From Mobula birostris (taxonomy: Eukaryota), in contig NC_092372.1 in NCBI RefSeq assembly GCF_030028105.1, positions 172,242,058-172,306,057 of the forward strand: a stretch of 64,000 bases of DNA. The letters run 5' to 3'. A program made the position numbers and the translations under genes. Each line of letters starts with the position of its first letter. Within the stretch, counting starts at the first letter, position 1. Positions 1 through 13,862 of this stretch are shown here, piece after piece. The notes beneath the pieces were generated by a model that had not been told where the DNA came from, searched no databases, and was given only the letters and a program-made list of their open reading frames with translations.

Positions 1-2130
1 CTCCCTGCAAAGTGTTTTGATTATTTTGTTTCCCTAGGGCATGATACAAAAAGCAAGGGTTTTTGTTTAATAATGACATTAATTAGGGTTGTAAGCACAT
101 TGTGGAATCTTAGAATAAAGGTATAAAACTCTTCCAACTACTACTTTAATTCGCAGCTGCAGATGCTGGAAAATTGAATTAAAAGCAGAAATTGAAGGAC
201 AAGTCGGGTCTGTGGAGAGAAACACAAACATGAAATTTCAGGCTCAATGCTATTCATCAGATTTGGGAAAAATAAATAAAACATGTTTTAAGTTGCAGGG
301 AAAGGGGCTGGGGCAAAGGGGGCAAATGCCTGTTAGAAGGTGGGGATGAGGAGAGTCTGAGAGATACAAGTGATGGCAGCTGCAAGAAAATGGTAAAAGC
401 TAGTGAATAATAACAACACATATTTCTGGGGGAGACAGTTCGCCAGCAACTTCCCAAGATGCTTAGGGATAGAATATAAATACTGGCTATAGCCATGATA
501 TCTATGGCCAGGAATAATCTTTTAAATGTTTCTCAGGCAATATCACAGAATGTAGATTAGCGTACTCTTTGGCCTCATTGGAACTTTAAAAGGAGTATGG
601 TTATTTTGTTCCAAGAAATTAAAAAGCATTCTTTTTCTTTGACAGGCTATTATAAATACATTTATCACACAAATTTTGTTTATCTTCAGTGTTTGAAAAC
701 AAATTATCATTGATTATATTTCTTAGGAGATCACTGATTACTTGCTTAGGAAATTTGACATATATTTGAATGTATCCTTCAAAATCTTACGAAATATTTT
801 CTCCCAAATCTTTGATCCTTCAATTATTTTGATCTATTATTGCCAATGTGCCTTGGTTATGCAACATCTTCTTCATCTTCCACCCAAGCAAAGGAAATTA
901 CACCAGCTACTTTATCAGGAAGAACCAGGGGAACAAGCCTGTTAGAATAACTTCTCCCTGCTGATAAGTTGGAAATATTGCCTAATGATCATAACATAAA
1001 GTTTGCATCATGAGGAGAAATACAATTGCAAATAAACAGCCTCACAGGCAGACATCAGAGCAACTTCATTTGCAACTCATTATAAAACAAAAATCTCACA
1101 GTCTACAAAGAGCTATTACTGCCAGAATGGCATGCAATGTTCATAATTAGCTGTGAGTACCACTGAGCAAAGAAACCTAAATAATTTTTTCATCAGTTTC
1201 CTAGCACCGGATGAATTTTTCATATATTCTAAATCACATTTGCATCTAATCCGATAATTAAATGACTATGTTTTAATACTGCTATTATAATACTATGTTC
1301 TATACAATTCTTTGTTTGAGTTACCTGTTAATACCATTCAAACAGGTTTTGGCTCCTGCCAGCTATTGTTTCACCTACAGCAGTTAACAGATTGAAGGCT
1401 TGATTACTAATATGGATGAGTGAATGCAGCACTGAAGTTGTGGTAAACAAACTCTGTAGGCTGTACTTACAGTGCTTTTCTGCTACATGATGCATATTCC
1501 CTTTTTAATAGGTGTTCTTGTTCACTAGTAATTCCCTTTTCTTTGCTGAGAACAATACCGATCATGGATTACTCCAGTCAATACCATATGTTATAGAAAA
1601 TTCATTAGGCTTTACTGCATTTAGACATTTGGACAAACAGTTAATGCTGATAACCATCTTCCTTAAGCATTATTCTATCACGTCAACTGACTATATTCAT
1701 TTCTGCCCTGTACCTGCTTCATATATTTTGATTCAACTCACTAAGCCTTTTTGTTTGGCTTTGACCTTTCATCCTCCTATTGTTCTCCACGCATGGCCCT
1801 TATGTTTTACCCTCTGTCACCTCTGTAAGTGTGTGTAAGCAGCTTCTTTTCTCATGGTCTCCTTTTGTGTAAGAGCCTCTGCCATCCCTTTTGTATTTCC
1901 CACTCTTTCCATGCACCTGCACTTGCCTCACATTTGTCTAATTATTACTCCAACTATATTTATATTTCCATGTAGGCAGCATTCTATATATTTTCATATG
2001 TCACAGAGAACTGGAGGTACACTCAAATTACCTCATTTGGCTGGGAAGGAGAGAAAGATATACACCGGTGGTCATGTTTTTAATTAAAAAGCAACAGTAG
2101 TGAGTAGGTGAAAGAGGACTATAAAACTTA

Positions 2131-4835
2131 ACATAGAACAGAGAAACATAGAAAACCAACAGCACAATACAGGTCCTTCGGACCACAATGCTGTGCCGAA
2201 CATGTCCATACCTGTGAATTTACCTAGGGTTACCCATAGCCCTCTATCCTTCTAAGCTCCATGTACCTATCCAAGAGTCTCTTAAAAGATCCTATCGTAT
2301 CCGTCTCCATCGCCGTTGCCAACAGCCCATTCCACGCACACACCACTCTCTGCATAAAAAAATTACCTCTAACATCTTCTCTGTACCTACTTCCAAGTAC
2401 CTTAAAACTGTGCCCTTTCAGGCTAGCCATTTCAGCCCTGGGAAAAAGCGATTGACTATCCACAGGATCAATGCCTCTCATCATCTTATACATCTCTATC
2501 AGGTCACCTCTCATCCTCCATCACTCCAAGGAGAAAAGGCCGAGTTCACTCAACCTATTCTCATAAGGCATGCCCCCCAATCCAGGCAACATCCTTGTAA
2601 ATCTCCTCTGCACCCTTTCTATAGTTTTCACATCCTTCCTGTAGTGAGGTGACTAGAACTGAGCACAGTACTCCAAGTGGGGTCTGATCAGGGTCCTATA
2701 CAGCTGCAACATTACCTCTCAGCTCCTAAAATCAATCCCACGATTGATGAAGGGCAATGCACCGTATGCCTTCTTAACCACAGAGTCAACCTGCACAGCA
2801 GCTTTGAGTATGCAATGGACTCGGAACCCAAGATGCCTCTGATTCTCCACACTGCCAAGAGTCTTACCATTAATACTATATTCTGCCATCATATTTGACC
2901 TACCAAAATAAACCATCTCACATTTATCTGGGTTGAACTCCATCTGCCACTCCACAGCCCAGTTTTGCACCCTGTCAATGTTCCGCTGTAACCTCTGACA
3001 GCCTTCCACACTATCCACAACACCTCCAACCTTTGTGTCATCGGCAAATTTACTAACCCAGCCCTCCACTTCCTCATCCAGGTCATTTATAAAAATCACA
3101 AAGACAAGGAGTCCCAGAACAGATCCCTGAGCCACACCACTGATCACCGACCTCCATGCAGAATATGACCCGTCTACAAACACAATTTGCCCTCTGTGGG
3201 CAAGCCAATTCTGGATCCACAAAGCAATGTCCCCTTGGATCCCATGCCTCCTTACTTTCTCAATAAACCTTGTGTGGGGTACCACATCAAATGCCTTGCT
3301 GAAATCCATGTACACTACATCTACTGCTCTACCAGTATCAATGTGTTTAGTTACATCCTCAAAAACTTCATTCAGGCTCGTAAGGCATGACCTGCCTTTG
3401 ATAAAGCCATGCTGACTATTCCTAATCATATTATGCCTCTCCAAATGTTCATAAATCCTGCCTCTCAGGATCTTTTGCATCAACTTACCAACCACTGAAG
3501 TAAGACTCACTGGTCTATAATTTCCTGGGCTATCTCTACTCCCTTTCTTGAATAAGGGAACAACATCCGCAACCCTCCAATCCTCCAGAACCTCTCCCGT
3601 CCCCATTGATGATGCAAAGATCATCGGCAGAGGCTTAGCAATCTACTCCCTTGCCTCGCACAGTAGCCTGGGGTACATCCCCTCCGGTCCTGGTGACTTA
3701 TCCAATGTGATGCTTTCCAAAAGCTCTGGCATATCCTCTTTCTTAATATCTACATGCTCAAGCTTTTCAGTCCACTGCAAGTATCCCTACAATCGCCAAG
3801 ATCCTTTTCCGTAGTGAATACTGAAGCAAAGTGTTCGTTAAGTACCTCCGCTATTTCCTCTAGTTCAACACACACTTTTCTATTGTCATACTTGATTGGT
3901 CCTATTAGTTAATGTCTTAACCGCTTGCTCTTCACATACTTGTAGAATGTCTTGGGGTTTTCCTTAATCCTGTCTACCAAGGCCTTCTCATGACCCCTTC
4001 TAGCTCTCCTAATTTCATTCTTAAGCTCCTTCCTGCTAGCCTTATAATCTTCTAGATCTCTATCATTACCTAGTTTTTTGAACCTTTCGTAAGCTTTTCC
4101 TTTCTTCTTGACTAGATTTACAACAGCCTTTGTACACCATGGTTCCTGCACCCTACCATCCTTTCCCTGTCTCATTAGAACATACCTATGCAGAACACCA
4201 CACAAGTATCCCCTAAACATTTGCTACATTTCTTCCGTATATTTCCCTGAGAACGTCCGTTCCCAATTTATGCTTCCAAGTTCCTACCTGATAGCCTTAT
4301 AGTTCCCCATACTCCAATTAAACGCTTTCCTAACTTGTCTGTTCCTATCCTTCTCCAATGCTATGGTAAAGGAGATAGAATTGTGATCCCTGTCTCCAAA
4401 ATGCTCTCCCACTGAGAGATCTGACACCTGACCAGGTTCATTTCCCAATACCAGATGAAGTACAGCCTCTCCTCTTGTAGGCTTATCTGCATATTGTGTC
4501 AAGAAACCCTTCTGAAGACAACTAACAAACTCCACCCCATCTAATCCCCTTGCTCTAGGGAGATGCCAATCAATAATTAGAAAATTAAAATCTCTCACCA
4601 CAACAACCCTGTTATTATTACACCTTACCAGAATCTGTCTCCCTATCTGCTCCCCGATGTCCCTGTTACTATTGGGATGTCTATAAAAGACACCCAGTAA
4701 AGTTATTGACCCTTTCCTGTTGCTAACTTCCTCCCACAGAGACTTTGTAGACAATCCCTCCATGACTTCCTCATTTTCTGCACAGTGACACTATCTCTGA
4801 TCAACTGTGCCATGCCCCCACTTTTTTGCCTCCCG
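2131..4835 (-). mobile_element. CR1-clade LINE, 5'-truncated, frameshifted ORF2 (APE endonuclease C-terminal part + RT)
   Basis: Minus-strand ORFs 4284-4763 (endonuclease: GVFYRHPN, DFN, DHNSI), 2719-3624 (RT: NYRPVSLTSVVGK, QHGF, DFSKAFD, FADDTK) and 2230-2514 (CR1 C-terminus). Short-repeat tail ACATAGAA at ~2131-2155. Confidence 0.95.
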
Positions 4836-5096
4836 GAGGTGACCAGAACTGAGCACAGGACTCCATGTGGGGTCTGATCAGGGTCCTATATAGCTGTAAC
4901 ACTACCTCTCGGCTCTTGAACTCAATCCCACAGTTGATGAAGGCCAATACACCATATGCCTTCTTAACCACACAGTCAACCTGCACAGCAGCTCTGTGTG
5001 TCCTAACGACTCAGACCCCAAGATCCCTCTGATTCTCCACACTGCCAAGAGACTTACCATTAATACTATATTCTGCCATCATATTTGACCTACCAA
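4836..5096 (-). mobile_element. Second CR1 RT C-terminal fragment fused to the 5' end of the preceding element
   Basis: 4836-5096 parallels 2646-2905 with scattered substitutions. ORF 4801-4986 VVKKAYGVLAFIN...RPHMESCAQFWSP. Confidence 0.85.
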
Positions 5097-6019
5097 TATC
5101 AATTGATTGAGAAAAAACAATAGTTACATGGAACTTAAGTTCTGTAAGATGTATCTACAATATTGTTTTCATATTACATTATGTGCATAATCATGAAACA
5201 ATAATCCCTTTTAAGAAATATTTCCCTTCTATCTGCTTAGTATAATTTTCTCATGGAGTACTCCTGCCAATAATGCTATACAAAACACAATTATGTTTTC
5301 TGCAAGTAAGAATTCTATTTGTTACAAGGAAATCACTTCTCATTTTTCTAAATGGAAATTTGGTCTTATCTTTTACAATAAACCTGAAATCCTAGAAATC
5401 AATCTGGTGAATCTTTGCTGCACTCATTATTGCACATATAGATTTCATTATATAAAGAACCAGACCCACAATATTTTGATGTGGGTCTTTCCAAGGTCCA
5501 ATATAACTACTAAATTTAAGGTAAAAAAATCAGAATGAATCTATCAAATGATGGCACAGGCATGAGGGATCAAATGGACTTGCTCTGCTTCTCTTTGTTA
5601 TGATATGTTCTTATGCCTAAATTCTCTTGCCAACATATATTTACCTTCCTAACCAAAGCATGAACCAAAGCTTCATGTTAACAAACATTCATTTATGCCC
5701 AGGATAGCCCAGATCCCTCTCAGCACAAACAACTTTAAATCTTTCATTATTTTAAAAATATACTTCCTTTCTATGTTTTCCTTCCAAAGTGAATGATCTC
5801 ACCTTTTCCCGCATTATCTTTCAACTGCCACAGCTTATCCATCTATTCTGTATCCTCCTCAAATGCACCTATATCAATATATTAGTCACACAGTCAATAA
5901 TGTGTGGATCCAGTTTTCTGTTTGGAAATTTATTTAAAATACTTTAAGTCTACTATCTGCATAGTGAATTCTCCTGATGGTAGCCACCATTTCTGTCTGA
6001 AGTGTCTTAAATTCATGGA

Positions 6020-6555
6020 GTTGTAATAGAACACATCCTATCCAAATGCATCACAGCTTGGTATGGAAACTGTTCTGCCCATGACCATAAGAAACTACAG
6101 AGAGCTTTGGATACAGCTCAGCACCTCATGGAAACCAGTCTCCTTTCCATGGACTCTGTCTACATTTCTTGTTGCTTCAGTAAAGCAGCCAGCATAAGCA
6201 AGGACCCCAGGACTCCACACTCTCAGGATGTTCTCTCCCCCACCAGCTTCAGCTGAAAACCTGAACACGTGGTCAAAGACAGATTCTATCCCACTGTTAC
6301 AGGACTATTGAATATTTCCCTAGTACGATAAGATGGAATCTTGACCTCACAATTTATTGCACTGTGATCTTACACCTCAGTCTCCATCTGCACTGCACAG
6401 AACTTTCTCAGTTCTATTATTATTCATTCTGCACTTTGTTATTGTTTTGTCTTGTACTACCTCAATGTATCATTGTAATGGATTGATCTGTATGGATGGT
6501 AGGCAACTCAATACTTTTCACTGTGGCTCAGTACATGTGGCAATCATAAACAAAA
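6020..6555 (+). mobile_element. Degraded 3' fragment of a Rex1/Babar-type LINE
   Basis: gcatcacagcttggtatggaaac = CITAWYGN-type motif shared with the copies at ~14.3 kb and ~46.6 kb. Confidence 0.6.
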
Positions 6556-7615
6556 TTACTAGTTTGCGCAGTAACTTACTGCTACATGTAGGCTTGTTTT
6601 GCCTGAAAAAAAAGTAAATCTGAATTTTGAGCTTTAGCATGATTACTCTTAAAGTCTTCTTAGCACAATAACTTTTAGTCTCAAATTATTTCTCTTCAGA
6701 AATTTGAAAAGAACAGAAGGTTGGTCAAACAACGTCATTGATACCACAAATATAAATTTTCATTATTTCCAACTGCAGAGAGAGGAATGGGAGAGAGTCA
6801 AAGGAAAGCACAAAATTAATTCATTACAAAAAATCTATGATGAATAAAATGTTTTCAAATTGTGTCATTAGAACATTAGTTTAGAAAGTTTTTGAAAAGA
6901 ACAGACCATTCAGCCCAACATAGCTTGCGAAATTCCTACTCACATACTGCTGAAATCACTATCGAGGAATATCAACAACCCACAGTTTTGTCAAATTCAG
7001 AGAGAGATCCTCAATTCAATTCAATAAAAAAAAATTCAAAGTGATCCAAAGCTTCAAAGAATTGTGCTTTAAGAGAGTATATTACAAATATATAAAGGGT
7101 CAGAGGAGCATGTGGATTTTGAGAAAACTGTCCCAGTGCAGAAAACTCAAGTTGTAAAGGCAAAACCGCCAACAGAGTGTGAGACAGGTGTGGGAGTTGG
7201 GGAGCAGAGGTCCGAGCTAGAGACAAGGTCATTTGTTATTCAGTTGAGGAGGAGGAAGTAGAGATTTGTGCGGTTATATGTGGCAATACAGTTAAAGAGA
7301 GGTGAAAGCACTGAGATGAAGGTGGTTCTTTTACTGTTGCGATGTTGGAGGCATTATATATCATCATAAATAATAGGATGATTGAACATTGGAATGGAAT
7401 AGAGAGTATAGCTGGGCCACAGATAGAGTGCATTTAAGTAACAATCTGGAAGCAAAGATGGGTCATTCAAGACATAAAGCTACATCACTATCTCATAATG
7501 GTGCTGGATGGGTCAGAAGATCTACTAGGAATGGGTGCTGTGACGGGATCCTGAATTATCCCTTATGAACTGTGCTTTTAAAAAGAGAGAGAGCTGTACA
7601 GCACAAACACCTTGT

Positions 7616-7618
<3 letters not shown>

Positions 7619-7688
<70 letters not shown>
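7619..7688. repeat. (GA)n microsatellite
   Basis: Near-perfect GA run of ~70 bp. It explains the RERERE ORF 7572-7778. Confidence 0.98.
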
Positions 7689-8208
7689 GCAAAGACTGCT
7701 CACAGTTTGTTTGGAATTTCTGCAAGGACACTGCCAGCTTCTGAATTCCTACAGAGAGAGAAGGGAGGAGCTACTTAATAGACAGTTGGTGTTCAGTATG
7801 CTGAGATAAATACAAGGTCAGCTGGCAGACAGATAGACACATGGTTTTGGACATTGGATGAGCTTTGTTGTGCCCACAGAAAGGTGGGTTTTTAGAGGAT
7901 CAATCAGGAGAATCGATCAGTGGCTCTCGCAATGTGGAAAATGTGTGACTGGTGGGAAGTTACTAGTGTGTCCAACCCTCGCCTGGGTTGATAACTTCAC
8001 TACATAAAACGGTCCCCTTACTGTGGTCACATTCGGTGACTTCTAAAGGATTTCAGAGGACAACAGGAAGAATCGACTGCGTCGGCTTACTCGAACAACC
8101 ACAACACCTCTCTCTCTCCATCACTACTCAACTCAATACCACAAACTGAACTGAACTTTACTCATCATCGTAAGACTGTATCTATTTACCCCTAGGCTTG
8201 AAGAAGCT

Positions 8209-8337
8209 NNNNNNNNNNNNNNNNNNNNNNNNNNNNNNNNNNNNNNNNNNNNNNNNNNNNNNNNNNNNNNNNNNNNNNNNNNNNNNNNNNNNNNNNNNNN
8301 NNNNNNNNNNNNNNNNNNNNNNNNNNNNNNNNNNNNN
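8209..8337. other. Assembly gap (N run)
   Basis: Run of N. Confidence 0.99.
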
Positions 8338-8376
8338 TTGATATATCTGAATTTATATTACTGTATTGCGTAGTTA

Positions 8377-9217
8377 CAGGTGCACATTCCTTTATCTGAA
8401 ATTCTGAAATCCATAAAGCTCCGAAAACCGAAGTTTTATTCGCCGACAGCTGACGTCACTCAGGTGTGACGTGGCAGCACTAGCAGAGGCCGACGTCAGT
8501 TGTGGCTCAGCCCTCGTACTGGTTAAACGTGCGTTTGCTGTTCGCTGATATTTTGTGTTCACTGTTAACTTTGCGTTTAATTTCACTGTGAAAATATCAA
8601 AAAGAGCTGCAGATACCCTTATGGGTAACAATGAGGAAAAGAGAAGGAATCTTCTCTATCAATAATGCAGAAAGTGGAGTTATTGCAGAAGCTTGATCGT
8701 GGTGTGTCTGTGCGGCGTCTTACTGAAGAAAATAGTGTCGGAACTACCACTGTATATGATTTAAATAAACAGAAAGACAAGTTACTTAAGTTTTATGGTG
8801 ACAGTGACAGTGACGTTCTACATTTATTCCAATAAGTCATTTACCATGTGTTCGATTCGGTTCGTTTGAAGCTGTATATTTTTATGTTTTATTGAAAGTT
8901 TCTGTTGGAANNNNNNNNNNNNNNNNNNNNNNNNNNNNNNNNNNNNNNNNNNNNNNNNNNNNNNNNNNNNNNNNNNNNNNNNNNNNNNNNNNNNNNNNNN
9001 NNNNNNNNNNNNNNNNNNNNNNNNNNNNNNNNNNNNNNGTTTGGTGCGCTGCTGGGGTTTAAAGTCCACCACACTGAGACAGGTTAAATAAGGGACTTCA
9101 GCATACGTGTTTTTTGGTATCGGCGGGGGATGGGGGGTGGGGGTCTGAAATCCGAAAAATTCTGAATTCCGAAATGCAACTGGCCCCAAGGATTTTGGAT
9201 AAGGGATTGTGGACCTG
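8377..9217 (+). mobile_element. Tigger/pogo (Tc1-mariner) internally deleted DNA transposon, Tigger4/Zombi-like
   Basis: TA TSDs at 8375-8376 and 9218-9219. Imperfect TIRs: CAGGTGCACATTCCTTTATCTGAAAT vs reverse complement CAGGTCCACAATCCCTTATCCAAAAT. 8594-8810 translates (one frameshift) to SKRAADTLMGNNEEKRRN.../SIMQKVELLQKLDRGVSVRRLTEENSVGTTTVYDLNKQKDKLLKFY, a psq/CENP-B-type HTH. Confidence 0.9.
8911..9038. other. Assembly gap (N run)
   Basis: Run of N. Confidence 0.99.
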
Positions 9218-9379
9218 TACTAATAAATATCATCAGTTAACAGCAATACCAGACTCCAAGGTGTCTTCCATTTCTGCTGGTTCTTTAACCCGTCACAGGG
9301 TACGTGACAGTGTTACTACTATCTACATAAAAGGGGCTCCATTATTGTAGATAATAGAGGCCCCAATACATTGCATTGA

Positions 9380-9720
9380 AAAAGGCAGCAGAGGGCTGTG
9401 GACGCAGTCAGCTCCATCACAGGCAGAACCCACAAGAAGATGGCATCCATCAGTAATGATCCTCACTACTTGCAACATGCCCTCTTCTCATTACTACCAT
9501 CAGGGCGGAGGTACAAGAGCCTGAAGAACCACATTCAACATTTTAGAAACAGTTTCTTCCCCTCCACCATCAAATTTCTGAACAGCCCATGAACCTATGA
9601 ACACTACCTTGCAGTTCCACTTTTGCAGTATGTATGTATTTATTTAGCTATTGCAACTTAGAGTAATTTTTTATGTCTTGCACTGTACTGCTGCCACAAA
9701 ACAACATATTTCAGGGAATA
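9380..9720 (+). mobile_element. Rex1-type LINE 3' fragment
   Basis: ORF 9398-9592 HALFSLLPSGRRYKSL...FRNSFFPSTI, the typical Rex1 RT C-terminal tail domain. Confidence 0.8.
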
Positions 9721-10339
9721 TGATTCAATGAGCAGCATGTAAGTATGGAAAAGGGTTCATGGATAGATTCACAGAGGGCAGAGGGGTATCAGTGTACAGT
9801 TTGGAAGGCAAATAATTGCTAGAAATGTCCTAGCTGCAACTTCATTGGTAAAGTATTGAAGACAGTTCACAAACTTGGTGTCAATACATGATTTCTTCTG
9901 ATCAGATCTCTATGCTAACTCGAAAGCTACATATTTCTACCTCCTTAAAACTGTCCTGGTTTGCCACTGCCTCTGCTCAACTGAAACTAAAACACTTGAC
10001 TCTGTATTTTAGACTTGACTAATCAATTGACACCTGGCTTGCCTTGTCATGCTTTGAGATCATTTAAAATACAGTTGCTTAGTGTTCTTATTCACAGCGA
10101 ATGCCTTTCAACATCTGTGTCTGCTGAACTACAGTGGCTATCTGGAAAGCAATTTCTCAATTTTAACAGTAGCATAGTTATCTTCAATACATCATTGCTG
10201 TGATACCCAAATTAATTGCTTCACCATTATAAAGTATGATTTCAGCTAACAAGCATAAGAAATCCTTCTCTATGCTCCTAACTGTCTTTCTTCTCTTATG
10301 ACATACATCAAAACGGAACACAACATATTGATGCAGCCA

Positions 10340-10946
10340 TAAAGAAGGCAAGCCGGGGCTATATTTCATTCAGAGTTTGAGGAGATTTTGTTTGTCAACT
10401 AAAACACTCAAAAACCTTTACAAATGTACCGTGGAGAGCATTCTGACTGGCTGCATTACTGTCTAGTATGGGGGGGGCGGGGGGGGGGCTACTGCACAAG
10501 ATCGAAGTAAGTTGTAGAAACTTGTAAAACTAGTCAGCTCCATCATGGGTACTAGCCTCCGTAGTATACAAGCATCTTCAAGGAGCAGTGCCTTGGAAAG
10601 GCGGTGTCCACGGTTAAAGGTCCCATCACCCAGGACCCTTCTCATTTTTACCATTAGGAAGGAGGTACAGAAGGCTGAAAGCACACACACAGTGACTCAG
10701 GAACAGCTTCTTCCCCTCTGTCATCTGATTTCTAAATGGACATTGAACTCATGAACACTACCTCACTACCTTTTTATTTCTGTTTTTCTTTGCACAACTT
10801 AATTTAACTATTTAATAGACATATATACACTAAATGTAATTTAGATTTTGTCTCTATATTTATCATGTATTTCATTGTCTTGCTGCCATAAAGTTAGCGA
10901 ACTTCATGACATATGCTGGTGATATTAAACCTGATTCTGACTCTGA
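10340..10946 (+). mobile_element. Rex1-type LINE 3' fragment
   Basis: accgtggagagcattctgactggctgcattact (TVESILTGCIT). Ends gatattaaacctgattctgactctga. Confidence 0.8.
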
Positions 10947-11238
10947 AAAGCTACATATTTTACTAATGCTTTGGTCATCTAAAGTAATTAAGTATTTTGG
11001 GGACACAGCAACAAACTTTGCTTGAAATTCTGCCTTGGTACGTTTTTCTGCTTAAAAGACTCATACTTGAATATTGTTGTTGTTGGATGAAAGATTTGAT
11101 ACAATTAACAAATAAGATGATACAATTATCCTGAAGACTGTATCACTAATTTTATGATATCTGTTCAGCTATGGGAAACAAATCTACAGAATACTGACAA
11201 GTTCCGGAACATTCACAATACAAAAACAAATAAGATTA

Positions 11239-11370
11239 TCAGAATCAGAATCAGGTTTATTATCATCGGTACATGACGTGAAATTTGTTAACTTAGCAGC
11301 AGCAGTTCAATGCAATACATAATATAGAAGAATGAATGAATGAATGAATGAATAAATAAATAAATAAATA
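11239..11370 (-). mobile_element. Rex1-type LINE tail, reverse orientation, with (GAAT)n/(AAAT)n microsatellite
   Basis: tcagaatcagaatcaggtttattatc is the reverse complement of the tail seen at 10925-10946 and ~62120-62142. Confidence 0.75.
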
Positions 11371-11374
11371 ACCC

Positions 11375-13839
11375 TAAGACCATAACATATAGGAGCAGAA
11401 GTAGAGCATTCAGCCCAACAACTCTGCTCCACTATTCAGTCATGAGCTGATCCAATTCTTCCAGTCATCCCCACTCCCCTGCCTTCTCCCCATACCCTTT
11501 GATGCCCTGGCTAATCAAGAACCTATCTATCTCTGCCTTAAATACACCCAATGACTTGGCCTCCACAACTGCTCGTGGCCACAAATTCCACAGATTTACC
11601 ACCCTCTGACTAAAGTAATTTCTCCGCATCTCTGTTCTAAATGAACATCCTTCAATCCTGAAGTCGTGCCCTCTTGTCCTAGACTCCCCTACCATGGAAA
11701 TTAAGTTTGCCATATCTAATCTATTCAAGCCTTTTAACATTTGGAATGTTTCTATGAGATCCCGCCTCATTCTCCTGAACTCCAGGGAATACAACCCAAG
11801 AGCTGCCAGATGTTCCTTATATGGTAACCCTTTCATTCCTGGAATCATTCTCATGAATCTTCTCTGAACCCTCTCCATTGTCAGTATATCTTTTCGAAAA
11901 TAAGGAGACCAAAACTGCACACAATACTCCAAGTGTGGTCTCACGAGTGCCTTATAGAGCTTCAAAATGACATCCCTGCTCTTATATTCTATACCTCTAG
12001 AAATGAATGCCAACATTGCATTCGCTTTCTTCACCACCAACTCAACCTGGAGTTTAACCTTTAGGGTATCTTGCCCATGGACTCCCAAGTCCCTTTGCAT
12101 CTCTGGATTTTGAATTCTCTCCCCATCTAAATAATAGTCTGCCAGTTTCTTCTTCCACCAAGGTGCATGACCATACACTTTCCAACATTCTATTTCATTT
12201 CCCACTTCTTTACTCATTCTCCTAAACTATCTAAGTCTCTCTGTGGGCTCTCTGTTTCCTCAACACTACCCGCTCCTCCATCTATATTTATATCATTGGC
12301 AAATTTAGCCACAAATCCATTAATCTCATAGTCCATATTATTGACATACATCGTAAAAAGCAGCAGTCCCAACACCAATCCCCGCGAAACTCCACTGGTA
12401 ACCGGCAGCCAACCAGTATATGATCCCTTTATTCCCTCTCTCTGTTTTCTGCCAATCAGCCAATGCTCCACCCATGCTAGTAACTTCCCTGTAATTACAT
12501 GGGCTCTTATCTTGCTAAGCAGTCTCATGTGCGGCACCTTGTCAAAGGCCTTCTCAAAATCCAAGTACACCACATCTACTGCATCTCCTTTGTATACCCT
12601 GCTTGTAATTTCCTCAAAAAACTACAGTAGGTTAGTCAAGCAAGATTTTCCTTTCAGCAATCCAGACTGACTTTGGCTTATCTTGTCATGTGCCTCGAGG
12701 AACTCTGTAATCTCATCCCTAAAAATCAATTCCAACAACTTCCTAACCACTGAAGTCAAGCTAGCAGGTCTATAGTTTCCTTTCTGCTGCCTTCTACCCT
12801 TCTTATATAGCGGAGTAACACCTGCAATTTTCCAGTCATCCGGTTCAATGTCAGAATCTATCGATTCTTGAAGGATCATTGGTAATGCCTCTGCAATCTC
12901 TCCAGCTACTTCCTTCAGAACCCGGGTTTGCATTCCATCAGGTCCAGGAGATTTATCCACCCTCAGACCATTAAACATCCTGAGCATCTTCTGTCGTAAT
13001 TTTCACTGCACATACTTCACTTCCTGACACTCTTGAATGTCTGGTATACTGCAGATGTCTTCCACTGTGAAGACTGATGCAAAACGCGCATTCAATTCCT
13101 CTGCTATCTGTGCGTCTTTCATTAAAATATCTCTAGTATCATTTTCTATTGGTCCTATATCTACCCTCAACTCTCTTTTACCCTTTATGTACTTAAAAAA
13201 GCTTTAAGTATCTTCTTTGATATTAGTTGCCAGCTTCCTTTTGTAATTCATCATTTCCTTCCTAATGACCTTCTTAGTTTCCTTCTGCAAGTTTTTAAAA
13301 GCTTCCCAACCCTCTATTTTCCCACTAGCTTTGGCTTCCTTGGATGCCCTCTCTTTTGCTTTTACTTTGGTTCTGACTTCACTTGTCAGCCATGGTAGTG
13401 TCCTTTTTCCATTTGAAAATTTCTTCTTATTTGGAATATATCTGTTTTGCACTTCCCGCAAACTCCAGCCATTGCTGCTCTGCTGTCCTTCCTGCTAGTG
13501 TCCCTTTCCAGTCAACCTAGGCCAATTCCCCCTCATGCCATTGTAATTTCCTTTATTCTACTGAAATACTGACACATTGGAATTTAGTTTCTCCTTCTCA
13601 ACTTTCAAAATGAAGTCAATCATATTGTGATCACTTTTCCTTAAGGGTTCCCTAACATTAAGCTCTCTTATCACCTTCGCAACATTGCACAACACCCAAT
13701 CCAGCACAGACAACACCCGAATGGGCTCAACAACAAGCTGTTCTAAAAAGCCATCCCTTAGACATTCTACAAGTTCTCTCTCTTGAGGTCCAGTACCACC
13801 CTGGTTTTCCCCATCCACTTTCATGTTAACATCCCCAAC
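11375..13839 (-). mobile_element. CR1-clade LINE, 5'-truncated, frameshifted ORF2
   Basis: ORFs 13558-13854 (endonuclease SDHNMI), 12622-12987 (KSPGPDG, NYRPASLTS), 12214-12573 (YLDFEKAFDKVPH) and 11465-12217 (RPHLEYCVQFWSP). Tail taagaccataa. Confidence 0.95.
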
Positions 13840-13862
13840 GCTGAGCATGCCCACAAGAAAAT

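Larger units (their letters stand above)
7539..9309 (+). mobile_element. Solo LTR (Gypsy-like), interrupted by a Tigger element and two assembly gaps
   Basis: Starts TGTGACGGG (7539). Ends ...CCCGTCACAGGGTACGTGACA (9309). AATAAA at ~9222. Flanks GTGC / GTGT approximate a 4-bp TSD. Confidence 0.6.
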
